Assembly: GCA_034530875.2 (NCBI GenBank)
Contig: JAVRCJ020000008.1
Span: 160,001 to 224,000 of the forward strand
Origin: Nostoc sp. DedSLP01
GTDB lineage: Bacteria; Cyanobacteriota; Cyanobacteriia; Cyanobacteriales; Nostocaceae
Length of the DNA stretch: 64,000 nt
Reading direction: 5' to 3'
Part shown: positions 62,116 to 64,000 of the stretch, in pieces
How positions within the stretch are numbered: the stretch's first letter is position 1
Layout: each line of letters opens with the position of its first letter
Notes under the pieces: model-generated
What the model saw: the letters and a program-made list of their open reading frames with translations, nothing else
Database searches by the model: none
What the model was told of the DNA's origin: nothing
Program-made: the position numbers and the translations under genes

Positions 62116-62242
62116 GGAGTGGGGAGTGGGGAGGTGGGGAGATGGGGTGATGGGGAGAGTTGTTGTACAAGTTCTTTCTCCTCTGCCCAATGCCCAATGC
62201 CCAATGCCCAATGTCCAATGCCCAATGACCCAAAATAATTGA

Positions 62243-62263
62243 GGGCGTACAAAGTGTACGCCC
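62243..62263. terminator. GC-rich hairpin between convergent genes
   Basis: GGGCGTAC-AAAGT-GTACGCCC. Confidence 0.6.
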
Positions 62264-62307
62264 CCGTATTTAAAAAGACTTAAAAAGCAAGTATTGTAAC
62301 AGGTAGC

Positions 62308-62472
62308 TTACTCAGCATCAATTGCTGCTGCGCCCTCATCTTCCTCACTCTTCGGTGGTCTTTGTTGGAACCTTCTCTGCATTCTTCCTGTCGTAGTCCG
62401 TTTACGAAACTTCCGGGCATACGCCTGGTTCCGTAGCGCCTTTTCTTTTTTCGGGTTACGGCGCTTAGCCAT
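62308..62472 (-). CDS. Small basic protein (54 aa)
   Basis: GAGGTG RBS, then MAKRRNPKKEKALRNQAYARKFRKR with an acidic tail. Confidence 0.75.
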   Translation of the reverse strand: MAKRRNPKKEKALRNQAYARKFRKRTTTGRMQRRFQQRPPKSEEDEGAAAIDAE

Positions 62473-63066
62473 GTTCACCTCATCAATAAACAACAAAAAA
62501 ATCGCAACTAGGCATAACGTAGGCAATATCAGCTACCAATCTTATTGATATACTTGTAGCCTAGTGACCAATCAATATGCTTTAAACAGTGTTCTAGTCT
62601 ACCGCATTCAATCTGGTTATGTCAATAACTATCTACAATTATCTGATTGGCAGCTAGATGAAAAATATTATTTTTAAAATTCAAATATTTGCAGTAGATG
62701 TAACTTAGGCGATTAGTTGTTATTCTTAGAAAAAACTCATATTATTTATTGAGTAAAAATTTTATTTAGGTTTAATTAGACGATGTAGTAATTCTAAATT
62801 ATTGGTCATTTGTCATTAGCTATTAGCGCTTAATCGTTATTGAATAAAGAAAAAACAAATCAGCGATCGCAAGTATTATGTATATATAAATACAGTGCTT
62901 CTCTGGAAACTTGATGTTAGAATTGGAAATGTTCTACGTAAATCGTTAGAATAAATTCTCAACCCATAAACATTTTTGTATAAAATAAAACTCAACATAA
63001 TTTTTATTAGTTGAGCTGATGTTAAATGGTAGAGAAATATAGAATACAATACATAAATTTTGAAGA

Positions 63067-63561
63067 TTGAACCTTATTGATTTATTTCCGGCAGCTGTCG
63101 AGTCCACACGTGGCTTATGGCGTATTGGACAAACAGTATTGGGTATTATATTTCGTCACCCGATTACTGGCACTAGTATCATTCCAATTTTACCTGACGG
63201 TCGGATCGTACTGATCCGGCGTCGTGACAATGGTCTTTGGTCATTGCCCGGGGGTATTGTGGATTGGGGAGAAGATATTCCCAACACAGTCCGTCGAGAA
63301 TTGATGGAGGAAACCGGACTCGAATTAGTAAAAATTAACCGTTTAGTAGGAGTTTACTCTTCACCAGACCGAGATCCGAGAATTCATTCAATTTGTATTG
63401 TGGTTGAAGCTGAAGTGCGTGGGACAATGCAAGTTCAAGATACTTTGGAAGTGATGGAAATTCAAGCTTTTTCTCCTAATTTCCTACCTCCAGGACAGAT
63501 GTCTCACGACCATACTCGACAGTTGCAAGATTACTTGAGTGGCTTGACAACATTGGCATAA
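63067..63561 (+). CDS. NUDIX hydrolase
   Basis: GGIVDWGEDIPNTVRRELMEETGL Nudix box. Confidence 0.88.
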   Translation: MNLIDLFPAAVESTRGLWRIGQTVLGIIFRHPITGTSIIPILPDGRIVLIRRRDNGLWSLPGGIVDWGEDIPNTVRRELMEETGLELVKINRLVGVYSSPDRDPRIHSICIVVEAEVRGTMQVQDTLEVMEIQAFSPNFLPPGQMSHDHTRQLQDYLSGLTTLA

Positions 63562-63562
63562 T

Positions 63563-63716
63563 AATACAGAAGTTTTCATTTACATGAGGTACAAAGTTAT
63601 GGGTTTTGAGGCAGGAGGCAGGAGGCAGGAGGCAGAAGGAAGGAGTTAGAAAGAAACTCTTTATGTTTGATGAATCACTCCTGGTTGTACCTCACTTACT
63701 TGCAATCTGCTGTATT
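63563..63716. mobile_element. MITE-like element carrying GGCAGGA heptamers
   Basis: Imperfect inverted ends of about 32 bp: AATACAG...TGAGGTACAA and TTGTACCTCA...CTGTATT. Confidence 0.65.
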
Positions 63717-63820
63717 TTGTTATTAGTCATTGGTCATTGGTCATTAGTCATCTGTAAAAAATAATGACTAATGACCAATGACTATTTATTATGGTGCTCA
63801 AGGTTAACTACTAAATAAAA

Positions 63821-64000
63821 ATGGATAGACTATTCCGTAACTCCCGGAGAAAGCTTTCTCAAGGGCAATTATTTTGGCGCGAAGCAGGTGCAGAAATTCC
63901 TGTAATTTTTTTACATGGTGCTTGGAATGATAGCAGCCAATGGTTATCTGTGATGGAATCGCTTTCAGAAGATTTTCATTGCTTTGCGCCCGATTTGTTG
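63821..64000 (+). CDS. Alpha/beta hydrolase, 5' part truncated by the window end
   Basis: Hand translation MDRLFRNSRRKLSQGQLFWREAG..VIFLHGAWNDSSQW..HCFAPDLL. Confidence 0.85.
   Translation, partial: MDRLFRNSRRKLSQGQLFWREAGAEIPVIFLHGAWNDSSQWLSVMESLSEDFHCFAPDLL

Larger units (their letters stand above)
1..64000. repeat. HIP1 octamer GCGATCGC dispersed throughout the window
   Basis: Many copies in both coding and intergenic DNA (e.g. near 500, 3544, 14821, 22672, 41462, 59133), a hallmark of cyanobacterial chromosomes. Confidence 0.95.

Overview
Chromosomal DNA of a filamentous, probably heterocyst-forming cyanobacterium (Nostocales-like), judged from abundant HIP1 GCGATCGC octamers, 7-nt STRR tandem repeats and the cphBA genes. 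Most of the window is core genome: rimP-nusA-ylxR, radA, rpaB, nblB, mutT, a group-2 sigma factor, carB, dps, malQ, cdsA, cbiT, tatA, cphBA, trmD, ispF, larB and argH. Two accessory patches interrupt it. The first (about 6.9-15.8 kb) holds two paralogous kinase-WD40 genes, a heme-c/HAMP membrane sensor with no output domain, a third kinase, small orphan genes and a frameshifted Uma2 nuclease. The second (about 33-42 kb) is a defence-like island with three toxin-antitoxin pairs, a restriction-like protein and an NLR-like ATPase-TPR gene. The best candidate for an undescribed system lies in this island: an uncharacterised 157-aa helical protein followed by 13 tandem copies of a quasi-palindromic 21-bp unit, directly upstream of the ATPase-TPR gene. 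Other notable items are a duplicated NUDIX 3' end flanking an inserted orphan antitoxin-like gene, inverted HIP1-associated small repeats bracketing a PIN TA module, and an M48 protease homolog missing its zinc ligands. No tRNA, rRNA, CRISPR array, integrase or transposase was recognised. All calls come from reading the sequence; no database searches were run.
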